38,219 nt of DNA from Acidimicrobiales bacterium (GCA_051005375.1 JBPCJK010000064.1:1-38219), one strand, 5' to 3'. Shown: positions 8,894 through 18,128, numbered from the stretch's first letter. Translations and numbers: made by a program. The notes: generated by a model not told the origin, from the sequence alone.

Positions 8894-9795
8894 TCCCCCC
8901 GCCCGGGCCTCACGGTGGTGACGGCGCCCGACTGGCGGCGGCCCTGGGGGTGGCGCCGTCCGCCATCCTCGACCTGTCCCTCAGCACCAACCCCCTGGCC
9001 CCTGACGTGGTCGCCCTCGCCTGCGCCCACCTCGACGTGCTCCGCCGCTACCCCGATCCCGGACCGGCCACCGCCACCCTGGCCCAGGCTCTGGGTGTGG
9101 GCGCCGACGAGGTGTTGTTGACCAACGGCGGCGCCGAGGCAATCGCCCTGGTGGCGTCGGAGCTGCCCCGGGGACGGGTCGACGAGCCCGAGTTCTCCCT
9201 CTACCGCCGACACCTGGGCGACGTCTCCGATGACGCTCCCCGGTGGCGGTCGAACCCCCACAACCCCAGCGGGCGCCTGGCCGCCCCCGACGAGCGGGCA
9301 GCGGTGTGGGACGAGGCCTTCTACCCGATGGCCACCGGCGGGTGGAGCCGAGGTGACGACGGCGCTGTCGTTGTCGGGTCGCTCACCAAGGTCTTCGCCT
9401 GCCCGGGGCTGCGCCTGGGCTACGTCACTGCCGGCGACGTCGCCCTCCTCGACCGCCTCCGGCGTCGTCAGCCGGCGTGGGCCGTCAACGGTCTGGCCCT
9501 GGCCCTGCTGCCCCGCCTGCTGGAGGTGGCCGACCTCCCGGGCTGGGCGGCAGGCATCGCCGCCCTGCGCGGTGAGCTGGCCGCGCTCCTCGCCACCTTC
9601 GGCTTGCGCCCGCGGCCCTCCGACGCCCCCTGGCTCCTGGTTGACGGCGCCGCCGGTCTGCGGGAGCGGTTGGCCGTGCAGGGCATCTTGGTGCGAGACA
9701 CATCTTCGTTCGGACTGGCCGGGTCAGCCCGCGTCGCCGTCCCCGACGCCGCCGGCCTGGAACGCCTGGCCCGGGCCCTGTCGACCACCGCCTGA
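8884..9795 (+). CDS. cobD: Threonine-phosphate decarboxylase (PLP, class I/II aminotransferase fold)
   Basis: HGG, LDLSLSTNP, YPD, NPHNPSG, DEAF, SLTKVFACPGLRLGY; cob operon context. Confidence 0.85.
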   Translation: MPLVPPPGPHGGDGARLAAALGVAPSAILDLSLSTNPLAPDVVALACAHLDVLRRYPDPGPATATLAQALGVGADEVLLTNGGAEAIALVASELPRGRVDEPEFSLYRRHLGDVSDDAPRWRSNPHNPSGRLAAPDERAAVWDEAFYPMATGGWSRGDDGAVVVGSLTKVFACPGLRLGYVTAGDVALLDRLRRRQPAWAVNGLALALLPRLLEVADLPGWAAGIAALRGELAALLATFGLRPRPSDAPWLLVDGAAGLRERLAVQGILVRDTSSFGLAGSARVAVPDAAGLERLARALSTTA

Positions 9796-9880
9796 CACCC
9801 GAGGTGAGGCTGTCGCACCCTCCCCAGTACTCTCGTGGGACTTCCCCCATTTGTTGCCCAACGCCCTCAAAGGGGGGAAG

Positions 9881-10258
9881 ATGACTGTCGATGAAGCATC
9901 GCGACACTCGCTCCACCAACGTCTGGCTGATGTGCTCGGCCTCGAGCACGCCGCCGTCCTGATGGAACACCTGCCCATGGGCGGCTCCGCTGAGGTGGTC
10001 ACCAAGCACGACCTGATCGACCTTCGCCAGGGAATCGACCACCAGTTCCAAGGCATCGACCAGCGTTTCGTGGCCGTCGACCAGCGTTTCGACGCCCTCG
10101 AGGCCCGGATCGACGCATCCGAGTACCGGGTGCTGGCGGCGGTGCGGGGCGAGATGATCGCAGCCATCTCCACCCAGACCCGCACCATCGTCCTGGCCCT
10201 GATCGCCTCGGTGGCGACCATGGGCGGGGTGTCGATCGGGATCGCCGGCTTGCGCTGA
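9881..10258 (+). CDS. Coiled-coil protein with a C-terminal TM anchor (DUF1640/CCDC90-like)
   Basis: MTVDEASRHSLHQRL...TKHDL, heptad repeats IDHQFQG/IDQRFVA/VDQRFDA, hydrophobic C-terminus. Confidence 0.65.
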   Translation: MTVDEASRHSLHQRLADVLGLEHAAVLMEHLPMGGSAEVVTKHDLIDLRQGIDHQFQGIDQRFVAVDQRFDALEARIDASEYRVLAAVRGEMIAAISTQTRTIVLALIASVATMGGVSIGIAGLR

Positions 10259-10274
10259 CGAGCAAGCGAGTACG

Positions 10275-10799
10275 TCAGTACTCGATGCCCTTCTTGGCGA
10301 CGATGCCCCGGTCGAAGGCGTGCTTGACCTTGCGCATCTCGGTCACGGTGTCCGCCACCTCGATCAGCTCGGGGGGAGCATCCCGTCCGGTGACGACCAC
10401 GTTGGTCTGCTCCGCCCGGCCCTGGATCCCGGCCACCACGTCACCGACGGGGATCCAGTCGAAGGTGACGGCGTAGGTGAGCTCGTCGAGTATCAACAGG
10501 TCGTAGTCGCCCGAGGCCAGCTTGGCCCGAGCCACCTCCCAGGCGTGGCGGGCCTTGGCCGCGCTCTCGTCGAGGTCGGTCGACTCCCAGGTGAAGCCGT
10601 CGCCCAGGGTGTGCCACTCGATGCCGAGGTGGTCGGCCAGCTTGCGCTCGCCGGTGTGCCAGTCGCCGCTCTTCATGAACTGCACCACGCCGACCCGCCA
10701 ACCTCGGGCCCAGCCCCGCCCCATCACCCCGAAGGCGGAGGACGACTTGCCCTTGCCGTGACCCGTGTTGACGACCACCACCGACGGAGCTCGGGCCAC
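10275..10799 (-). CDS. cobO: Cob(I)alamin adenosyltransferase (CobO/BtuR)
   Basis: TGHGKGKSSSAFG, VQFMK, ILDEL, TGR, KHAFDRG...GIEY. Confidence 0.95.
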   Translation of the reverse strand: MARAPSVVVVNTGHGKGKSSSAFGVMGRGWARGWRVGVVQFMKSGDWHTGERKLADHLGIEWHTLGDGFTWESTDLDESAAKARHAWEVARAKLASGDYDLLILDELTYAVTFDWIPVGDVVAGIQGRAEQTNVVVTGRDAPPELIEVADTVTEMRKVKHAFDRGIVAKKGIEY

Positions 10800-10821
10800 C
10801 GCCGCAGGCTAGCTTCCGCCC
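10800..10821. promoter_or_regulatory. Bidirectional promoter with overlapping -10 boxes for leaderless cobO and cobQ
   Basis: AGGCTAGCTT gives TAGCCT on - (10811-10806) and TAGCTT on + (10810-10815), each 6 nt from a GTG start. Confidence 0.6.
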
Positions 10822-11969
10822 GTGGGCGCCTTGGCTGGGGGAGGCAGCCGGTTGCGAGGCGGCCTCATGGTGTGCGGCACGGCCAGCGACGTGGGCAAGA
10901 GCCACGTGGTCACCGGGCTGTGCCGGTCGCTGAGCCGCCGATCGACCGGGGGGGCGTGTACGCCGCCCTCTACGGGACCGTCGCCCTGCTCCCGGACCGC
11001 TACCGGACCCTGGTCCGGGGCTTCGTGGTCAACAAGTTCAGGGGCGATCCTGGCCTGCTCGGCGATGCCGCCGCCGAGCTCGGGCGTCGCTGTGGCGTGC
11101 CCACCCTCGGGGTGCTCCCCTGGCTGGACGACGTGGCCCTCGACGCCGAAGACTCCCTGGCCCTGTCCGGCGTCCGGCCCGGCGCCGGTTCGCCGAGAGT
11201 GGGCGACAGCCTCGACGTCGTCGCTGTCCGCTTTCCCCGGATGGCCAACCTCACCGACCTCGACGCCTTGGCGCTGGAGCCCGGCGTCGAGGTCCGCCTG
11301 GTGGCGGACTCTCGGGCCGTGGGCCGGCCCGACCTGGTCATCCTGCCCGGCACCAAGGCGACGGTCGACGATCTGGCCTGGCTGCAGGACCGCAGGTTGG
11401 ACCGGGCCATCGCAGCGTGCGGGGCCCTGGTCCTCGGCATCTGCGGCGGGATGCAGATGATGGGCCGCCACATCACCGACCACGTCGAGTCGGGTCGGGG
11501 CGAGGTGGATGCCCTGGGCTGGCTGGACGTCAGCACCGGCTTCGGCCCCGACAAGGTCACCCGTCAGCGCCGGGGCCATGCCATGGGCGAGGAGGTCAGC
11601 GGCTACCAGATCCACCACGGCCGGGTGACCCGCCACGAGCGAGCCGCGGCGTGGATCCACCTCCACGACCGCTACGGCCATCTCGACGAGGGCGCCGTCA
11701 ACGTCACTGACAACCGCTTCCTCGGCACCACCCTGCACGGGGTGTTCGAGAGCGACGGCTTCCGGGCCGCCTTCCTCACCGAGGTGAGTCGGCGGGCAGG
11801 CAAGCGTTTCGCTACGGCGGATCATCGCCGTAAGCGGTACGGAGCCTCTGCCCAGATGTCGTTCGCCGAGGCCCGGGAAGCCCAGTTCGACCGCCTGGCC
11901 GACGTGGTCGAGGACCACCTCGACCATGAGGCGCTGGACGACATCATCGCCCGAGGGGCACCGGCGTGA
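10822..11969 (+). pseudogene. cobQ: Cobyric acid synthase with an internal deletion and frameshift near 10940
   Basis: LMVCGTASDVGKS...GLCRSLSRR in one frame jumps directly to IDRGGVYAALYGT...NKFRGD...LPGTK...GICGG...GTTLHG in another; the PFKAQN...NMG segment is absent. Confidence 0.85.
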
Positions 11970-13039
11970 TCCTCGACACCTTCGCTGCTGCACGTCGGGC
12001 GGTGCGGCTGCGGGACCAAGCCGCCGAGCTCGCCGCCGCCCGGCACCACGACCTGCTGGCCAAGCCACGCGGTAGCCTGGGCCGGCTGGAGGCGCTCGGG
12101 ATCCAGCTGGCCGGCATCGCCGGGGCATCCCCACCACCTCTCCCGGCGCCCGCCGCCGTGGCCGTGTTCGCCGCCGACCATGGCGTGCACCGCCATCGGG
12201 TGACGCCGTGGCCCCAGGAGGTCACCGCCCAGATGGTCGCCGCCCTGGTCGGAGGCGGGGCTGCCATCAACGTCCTCGCCCGACAGGCGGGAGCATCGGT
12301 GACCGTGGTCGACGTCGGGGTCGTCACCGACCTGACGCCGGTCGCCGGGCTCCTCGTACGCAAGGTCCGGGTGGGCACGGCCGATCTCGCCATAGAGCCG
12401 GCCATGACCCCCGGCCAGGCCGAGCAAGCCCTCGACGTGGGCGCCGAGGTGGCCGCCGGCCTGGTGGCTGGAGGCGCCCGTTGCCTGGTCACCGGCGAGA
12501 TGGGCATCGCCAACACCACCGCATCGGCGGCGCTGATCGCCGCCCTCACCCGCCGGCCCGCCGCCGAGGTGACCGGTCGGGGGACCGGCATCGACGACGC
12601 CACCCTGGCCCGCAAGCTCGCCGTGGTCCACCAAGGCCTGGCCCGCACCGACGCCGAGGGAGACCCGCTCACCATCCTGGCATCGCTCGGTGGCCTCGAG
12701 ATCGCCGCCCTGGTCGGCTTCATCGTCGCCGGAGCGGCGGCCCGGGTCCCGGTGGTGATCGACGGTGTCATCGCCGGCGCTGCCCTCCTGGTCGCCTCCG
12801 CCCTGGTACCGGGTGTCCTGGGGTACTGCATCGCCGGCCACCGCTCGCTCGAGCCCGGTGCCTCCGCCGTTCTCGAGCACCTCGGCCTCGAGCCCGTCCT
12901 CGACCTCGGCCTGCGCCTGGGTGAGGGCACGGGGGCCTGCCTGGCCCTGCCCGTGCTCGAGGCATCTGCCCGCATCCTCTCGGAGATGGCCACCTTGGAT
13001 GGCGTGGGCGCCCCCCTTCGCCCGGATCCGTCCTTGTAA
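11966..13039 (+). CDS. cobT: Nicotinate-nucleotide-dimethylbenzimidazole phosphoribosyltransferase
   Basis: KPRGSLGRLE, FAADHG, GEMGIANTT, LRLGEGTGA. Confidence 0.95.
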   Translation: MILDTFAAARRAVRLRDQAAELAAARHHDLLAKPRGSLGRLEALGIQLAGIAGASPPPLPAPAAVAVFAADHGVHRHRVTPWPQEVTAQMVAALVGGGAAINVLARQAGASVTVVDVGVVTDLTPVAGLLVRKVRVGTADLAIEPAMTPGQAEQALDVGAEVAAGLVAGGARCLVTGEMGIANTTASAALIAALTRRPAAEVTGRGTGIDDATLARKLAVVHQGLARTDAEGDPLTILASLGGLEIAALVGFIVAGAAARVPVVIDGVIAGAALLVASALVPGVLGYCIAGHRSLEPGASAVLEHLGLEPVLDLGLRLGEGTGACLALPVLEASARILSEMATLDGVGAPLRPDPSL

Positions 13040-13108
13040 CTGGCCCCCTCCCCACCCCTCTATCCTGGGTCGGTACGCACGCAGGACGACCGGGAGGACG
13101 ACACGTCG

Positions 13109-13423
13109 ATGGACGCGGCAGTGGCAGCGGTGGCCAAGGGGCTGAACGGGCTGGCCGACTGGCATGGCTACAACGACGCCACCGTCTGCGGGCCGGGGCG
13201 AGGGCCGGACTGCCCCGGGTACTGGTTCAAGCCGGCAGTGATCGCCACCATCGCCGCCCCGGCCATCGCCAGTGACCCGGACGCTCGTGCCGAGGTGGCC
13301 ACCTCCATGACCGACGACGAGATCTGGGCCGAGGTCGAGCGCCGCCACCTGGTCAAGCAACTCGGCAAGTGCCGGTGCGGCCGGGTGTTCGAGCCTCCGG
13401 TCTACACGCGACGGGCGCGCTGA
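13109..13423 (+). CDS. Hypothetical Cys-containing protein
   Basis: GGAGG upstream, GC3-biased codons, fills the cobT-yihY gap; no family recognised. Confidence 0.5.
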   Translation: MDAAVAAVAKGLNGLADWHGYNDATVCGPGRGPDCPGYWFKPAVIATIAAPAIASDPDARAEVATSMTDDEIWAEVERRHLVKQLGKCRCGRVFEPPVYTRRAR

Positions 13424-14325
13424 GCGCAGGCGTCGGCGCGGTCAGCCGCCGGCGCCGTTGGGCCACCGACGCCACCCAGCTCATCCGAGAGCTGGCCCGC
13501 TCCTCGTTCGACGACCGGGTCGCCGGGTTGGCTGCCGAAGTGGCGTTCTTCGCCATGCTCGGCCTGTTCCCCGCCCTGTTGGCCTCTGCCGCCGTACTCG
13601 GCTCGCTGGAGAGCGTGGCCGGCCAGGAGCTGGCGTCCCGAGCCCAGAACGGGGTGCTCACCTTCCTCGATCGGGTCTTCACCGACGACGCCGACGGCGT
13701 CATCGACAGCGTCCGTGCCCTCTTCACCGAACGACGGACGGGGCTGCTCACCATCGGTGCCCTGGTCGCCCTGGTGTCGGTGAGCCGGGCGTTCCTCGGG
13801 GTGATGCGGGCGGTCGAGGTCGCCTACGGCGCCGAGCAGCGCCGCAGGCCGGGCAAGAGCGTGGCCACCGCTGTCCTGCTCGCCATCGGCAGCGTGGTCG
13901 TCTTCGCCGTCGTGCTCACCATGCTCGTCCTCGGCCCTCTGCTCGGGGGTGGTCCGGACGTGGCTCGGGCACTCGGCCTGGGCAAGGTCTTCGCCACCTT
14001 CTGGCAGGTGTTCCGAGCGCCGTTCGCCTTCGCCGTCACCGTGGCCTGGGCCACCACGGTGTTCCACGCCGCCAGTCCCAGCTCACACCGACTGCGCCAG
14101 TGGCGGAACCTACGCAAGGAGATGCCCGGGGCGCTGCTCTCAGCCATCCTGTGGCTGGCCGTGTCCCTGGCCTTCCGGCTGTACCTCCAGCTGGCAGGCG
14201 GGGCCAACCCGGTGTTCGGGCTGTTGGGGGGAGCCATGATCCTGCTGGTCTGGCTCTACCTGCTCGGCATCGGCCTGCTCCTGGGAGGCGAGCTCAACGC
14301 TGCCCTCGCCCGCCGCCGCCGGTAG
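13369..14325 (+). CDS. YihY/BrkB family membrane protein (start uncertain)
   Basis: DDRVAGLAAEVAFFAMLGLFP, PGALLSAILW, LLVWLYL...LLGGELNA. Confidence 0.9.
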   Translation: MPVRPGVRASGLHATGALSAGVGAVSRRRRWATDATQLIRELARSSFDDRVAGLAAEVAFFAMLGLFPALLASAAVLGSLESVAGQELASRAQNGVLTFLDRVFTDDADGVIDSVRALFTERRTGLLTIGALVALVSVSRAFLGVMRAVEVAYGAEQRRRPGKSVATAVLLAIGSVVVFAVVLTMLVLGPLLGGGPDVARALGLGKVFATFWQVFRAPFAFAVTVAWATTVFHAASPSSHRLRQWRNLRKEMPGALLSAILWLAVSLAFRLYLQLAGGANPVFGLLGGAMILLVWLYLLGIGLLLGGELNAALARRRR

Positions 14326-14410
14326 CTCCAGGCCGGGGCGAGCGATCACGTCCACGCCGATCACGACGTGGCCCTTGGGTCCCACCCTGTGGGTCATACC
14401 GGCAGGTATG
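14320..14410 (-). pseudogene. Degenerate AbrB/MazE-type antitoxin N-terminus with its operator
   Basis: ATG at 14397 gives MTHRVGPKGHVVIGVDVIARPGLE; inverted repeat CATACC-ggca-GGTATG (14395-14410) overlaps the start codon. Confidence 0.5.
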
Positions 14411-14458
14411 GCCTGCCACCGCTCTTGGACGGCCTTGGACCCCGTTAGCGTCCAAGGG

Positions 14459-15586
14459 ATGGAGCTCCCGCTGACGGTGGCCCAAGGTCTGATGTCCCTG
14501 CCCACGGTCCCCCTGATCGAGGACCTGCCCCTCGCCCACGTGGTGGCCTTCGCCCGAGACCGACCCGGGCTGGCCGCCGACCAGGATGCCGCCGGCAACG
14601 TGGTCGTCCGCTACCAGGGCGAAAGAGCCGACCCGTCCCGGCCCCTGGTGATGGTGGCCCACCTCGACCACCCCGGCTTCGTCGTCGACAGCGTCGCCGA
14701 CAGGCTCGCCTACCTGACCTTCCGGGGAGGGCTCGGCCTCGACCACGCCCGCCCTGGATCACCGCTCGACTTCTTCCGTCGCGGCCATCCCGACCCGGTG
14801 GCCCACGGCGAGCTGGTCTCAGCCACCGGTTGCGACGGGCGCCTGAGCACTGGGCAGGCCCGCGTCCTGGAGGGAGACGTTTCGCTGGCCAGCTTCGCCA
14901 TGTGGGGCTTCCCCGGCTTCGAGGTGGGCGACGGTCACATCCACGGCCGCGTCTGCGACGACCTCCTGGGCGCTGCCGCCGTCCTCTCGGTCCTTGACGA
15001 GGTGGCCCGGCGGGAGCCGACCACGGCGGTGTGGGGCCTGTTCACCCGGGCCGAGGAGATCGGCTTCCTCGGCACCCTCGAGGCCATCCGCCTGCAGACC
15101 CTGCCCCCGGCGGCCTCGGTGCTGTCCATCGAGTGCTCCCAGGCACTGCCCGGCGCTCCCCAGGGCGCGGGGGTCATCGTCCGGGTGGGCGACCGCAGGA
15201 GCATCTTCGATCCGGCCCTCACCCATGCCCTCGGAACTGCCGCCGGGCATCTCAGCGGCACCGACCCAAGCCTGCGTTGGCAGCGAAAGCTCATGGACGG
15301 CGGCACCTGCGAGGCCAGCGCCTTCTGCGCCAACGGCTACCGGGCCTCGGGGCTGGCCCTGCCGTTGGGGAACTACCACAACGCCCTTGACCAGCCGCCT
15401 GGCCGGACCATGGAGGGAGCGGCGGGGGTCGGGCCCGAGCACGTGGCCGTCGACGACTACCTGGCCGCCGTACGGCTCCTGGTGGGACTGGCCTGCGCCC
15501 CGGCCCTGCTCGACGGACCCATCCCCACCCAGACCCCCGACTGGCTGGTCGAGCCCATGGCCAGGGCCCGGGCCGAGCTCGGCTGA
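14459..15586 (+). CDS. M20/M28/M42-family zinc metallopeptidase
   Basis: AHLDHPG, RVCDD, AEEIG, GGTCE, NYHN; TAGCGT -10 box 7 nt before the ATG. Confidence 0.85.
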   Translation: MELPLTVAQGLMSLPTVPLIEDLPLAHVVAFARDRPGLAADQDAAGNVVVRYQGERADPSRPLVMVAHLDHPGFVVDSVADRLAYLTFRGGLGLDHARPGSPLDFFRRGHPDPVAHGELVSATGCDGRLSTGQARVLEGDVSLASFAMWGFPGFEVGDGHIHGRVCDDLLGAAAVLSVLDEVARREPTTAVWGLFTRAEEIGFLGTLEAIRLQTLPPAASVLSIECSQALPGAPQGAGVIVRVGDRRSIFDPALTHALGTAAGHLSGTDPSLRWQRKLMDGGTCEASAFCANGYRASGLALPLGNYHNALDQPPGRTMEGAAGVGPEHVAVDDYLAAVRLLVGLACAPALLDGPIPTQTPDWLVEPMARARAELG

Positions 15587-15594
15587 AGGCGACC

Positions 15595-16431
15595 GTGCCC
15601 GAGCTGCCCGAGATGCAGGCCCTGGCCGAGCGCCTCCACGACGCCGTCGCCGGCGGCCAGCTGGAGTCCTTCCAGCCGCTGTCGTTCTCGGCGTTGCGGA
15701 CAGTCACCCCTGACCCGGCGACACTGGTCGGCCACACCGTGGAGGGGGTGGGGCGGCGAGGGAAGTACCTGGTGTGGTCGTTCTCAGGCGACCTCCGCCT
15801 GCTCGTCCACCTCTCCCAGGGCGGACGGGTGGACATCGAGAAGAAGGCCAACGCCACCCGACCTCGCAACGGCGTCCTCCGCCTGGTCGTCGCCGGGCGG
15901 CCCTCGGTCCTGGTCAAGGAGTTCGGGACCGAGCGCAAGGCCCGGTGGTGGGTGTTGGCCGGTGACGACGACGGCCCCCTCGACCGGTTGGGCCCCGAGG
16001 CCGACAGCGAGGCGTTTGCCGCCTTCGTCCGCACCAGTGACGATCGCCGGCGGGTCCACACCATCCTGCGTGATCAACACACCGTCGCCGGCATGGGCCG
16101 GGGCTACACCGACGACGCCCTCCACCGGGCTCGGCTCTCCCCCTTCGCCACCTTGGCGTCGCTCGATCCCGCCGAGCGGGAGCGGCTGGTGAACGCCATC
16201 GGGCAGGTGCTGGGCCAGGGCCTGGCCGTCGAGCGGCGCCGTCGAGGTGGCCTGCCTACCAAGGTTGGCGACCACTGGGTGGTGCACCGGCGGACCGCTG
16301 AGCCGTGCCCGACCTGCGCAACCAGCCTGCACCGGGTGTCCTACGAGAGCCACGAGGTGACGTACTGCCCTGGCTGCCAGACCGGTGGCCGCATCCTCGC
16401 CGACCGCCGTCTGTCCCGGCTGCTTAAGTAG
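15595..16431 (+). CDS. Fpg/Nei-family DNA glycosylase
   Basis: MPELPE, RRGKYL, H2TH region (AGMGRGYTDD), C-terminal zinc finger CPTC...YCPGCQ. Confidence 0.93.
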   Translation: MPELPEMQALAERLHDAVAGGQLESFQPLSFSALRTVTPDPATLVGHTVEGVGRRGKYLVWSFSGDLRLLVHLSQGGRVDIEKKANATRPRNGVLRLVVAGRPSVLVKEFGTERKARWWVLAGDDDGPLDRLGPEADSEAFAAFVRTSDDRRRVHTILRDQHTVAGMGRGYTDDALHRARLSPFATLASLDPAERERLVNAIGQVLGQGLAVERRRRGGLPTKVGDHWVVHRRTAEPCPTCATSLHRVSYESHEVTYCPGCQTGGRILADRRLSRLLK

Positions 16432-16437
16432 CGTGGC

Positions 16438-16998
16438 ATGGAGCCACTTCAGCTTGCCGGTCGGCTCCTCGTCGCCCTGCCCGTGCTCACCGACGCCAAC
16501 TTCTCCCACAGCGTCGTCCTGGTGCTGGCCCACGAGCCCGACGACGGCGCTGTCGGGGTGGTCCTCAACCGCCCCAGTGACACCGTCCTCGGCGACGCCC
16601 TCCCGCAGTGGGAGGCCCACGCCGCCCACCCCCGGGTGATCTTCGTGGGCGGTCCGGTGGGGCTGACCGCTGCCATCGGGGTGGCCCGGGGCGCCAGCGA
16701 CCGGTCAAGCGAGGGGTGGGCACCGGTGGTCGGGCGCCTGGGAACGGTCGACCTGGGCGCCGCCCCCGAGGAGGTGGCCACCGAGATCGAAGCCGTCCGG
16801 GTCTTCTCGGGCTACGCCGGCTGGGGGCCAGGGCAGGTCGAAGCCGAGATCGACGAGGGGGCGTGGCTGGTCATCGACGGCGCCCCCGACGATGTCCTCA
16901 GCGCCGATCCTGCCCGGCTCTGGCGCCTGGTGCTGCGCCGCCAGGGCGGTCGCACGGCGTGGCTGGCCAACCTGCCCCCCGACCCTCGAGTGAACTGA
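16438..16998 (+). CDS. YqgE/AlgH family protein
   Basis: LLVALP..DANF..SVVL, GVVLNRP, GGPV, FSGYAGWGPGQ, EIDEGAW. Confidence 0.93.
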   Translation: MEPLQLAGRLLVALPVLTDANFSHSVVLVLAHEPDDGAVGVVLNRPSDTVLGDALPQWEAHAAHPRVIFVGGPVGLTAAIGVARGASDRSSEGWAPVVGRLGTVDLGAAPEEVATEIEAVRVFSGYAGWGPGQVEAEIDEGAWLVIDGAPDDVLSADPARLWRLVLRRQGGRTAWLANLPPDPRVN

Positions 16999-17003
16999 CT
17001 CTC

Positions 17004-18098
17004 ATGAACCTTCCCGTGCTGCCCCCGGTCTCCCCCATGCTGGCCAAGCTGGTGCGCGAGCTCCCCGTCGCCGAAGGCATGGCCTACGAACCCAAGTGGG
17101 ACGGCTTCCGGGCCATCGTCTTCCGCGACGGCGACGAGGTGGAGCTCGGCAGCCGAAACGAGCGGCCGCTGACCCGGTACTTCCCCGAGCTGACCGATCT
17201 CCTGCGCCGGGCCTTGCCCGAACGCTGCGTGGTCGATGGCGAGATCGTCATCGCCGGGGACCAGGGCCTCGACTTCGACGCCCTGTTGCAACGCATCCAC
17301 CCGGCGGCCTCGCGCATCGCCCTGCTGGCCGGGCAGACCCCGGCGTCGCTGGTGGCCTTCGACCTGTTGGCAATGGGCGACGACGACCTCCGGAGCCGTC
17401 CGTTCTCCCATCGGCGGGCCCTGCTCCAAGAAGCGCTGGCCGAGCTCCGGCCCTCGGTGCACCTGACGCCGCTCACCACCGACATCGAGACGGCCGGGGA
17501 CTGGTTCGCCCGCTTCGAGGGCGCCGGCCTCGACGGGGTGGTGGCCAAGCCTGCCGACCTGGTCTACGCCGAGGGCAAGCGAGTCATGCTCAAGGTCAAG
17601 CACCAGCGCACGGCCGACTGCGTCGTGGCCGGGTTCCGCTGGCACAAAGACGGCGAGGGAGTGGGCTCGCTGCTGCTGGGGCTCTACGACGAGTCGGCCA
17701 CCCTCCACCATGTGGGTGTGGCCACGTCGTTCTCCGTGGTCCAGCGGCTCGCGTTGGTGGAGGAGGTGGCCCCGCTGCGCCCTGACGCCCTGGAGGGTCA
17801 CCCCTGGCGAGGATGGGCCGAGGCGGGAGCGGCCGAGGCGGGGGCGGCCGGGGCGGCCGGAGGCCAGCGGATGCCAGGAGGAGCGTCCCGCTGGAACGCC
17901 GGGCGGAGCACGGCGTGGGAGCCGCTGCGGCCCGAGCGGGTGGCCGAGGTGTCCTACGACAACCTCCAGGGCGACCGCTTCCGCCACGCCACCCACCTGG
18001 TCCGCTGGCGAGACGACCGCGACGCGACCTCGTGCACCTACGCCCAACTCGAACGCCCCGTCCCCGAGGAGCTGGCCCACGCCTTGGGCGGAGCGTGA
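17004..18098 (+). CDS. ligC: ATP-dependent DNA ligase LigC
   Basis: MNLPVLPPVSPMLAK, EPKWDGFR, DGEIV, EGAGLDGVVAK, KVKHQRTADCVV. Confidence 0.93.
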   Translation: MNLPVLPPVSPMLAKLVRELPVAEGMAYEPKWDGFRAIVFRDGDEVELGSRNERPLTRYFPELTDLLRRALPERCVVDGEIVIAGDQGLDFDALLQRIHPAASRIALLAGQTPASLVAFDLLAMGDDDLRSRPFSHRRALLQEALAELRPSVHLTPLTTDIETAGDWFARFEGAGLDGVVAKPADLVYAEGKRVMLKVKHQRTADCVVAGFRWHKDGEGVGSLLLGLYDESATLHHVGVATSFSVVQRLALVEEVAPLRPDALEGHPWRGWAEAGAAEAGAAGAAGGQRMPGGASRWNAGRSTAWEPLRPERVAEVSYDNLQGDRFRHATHLVRWRDDRDATSCTYAQLERPVPEELAHALGGA

Positions 18099-18128
18099 CA
18101 CCGGCAATGGCCCATCGCCTCTAAATCT

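Noticed and set aside
9811-9833. PafBC/RecA-NDp-type promoter (TGTCGC...TACTCT)
   Set aside because: Spacing is 11 nt rather than the usual 10 and the motif is imperfect
10030-10095. 21-bp periodic repeats (ATCGACCA...TTC)
   Set aside because: Coding heptad repeats of the coiled coil, not a CRISPR or iteron array; no CRISPR array was seen anywhere in the window
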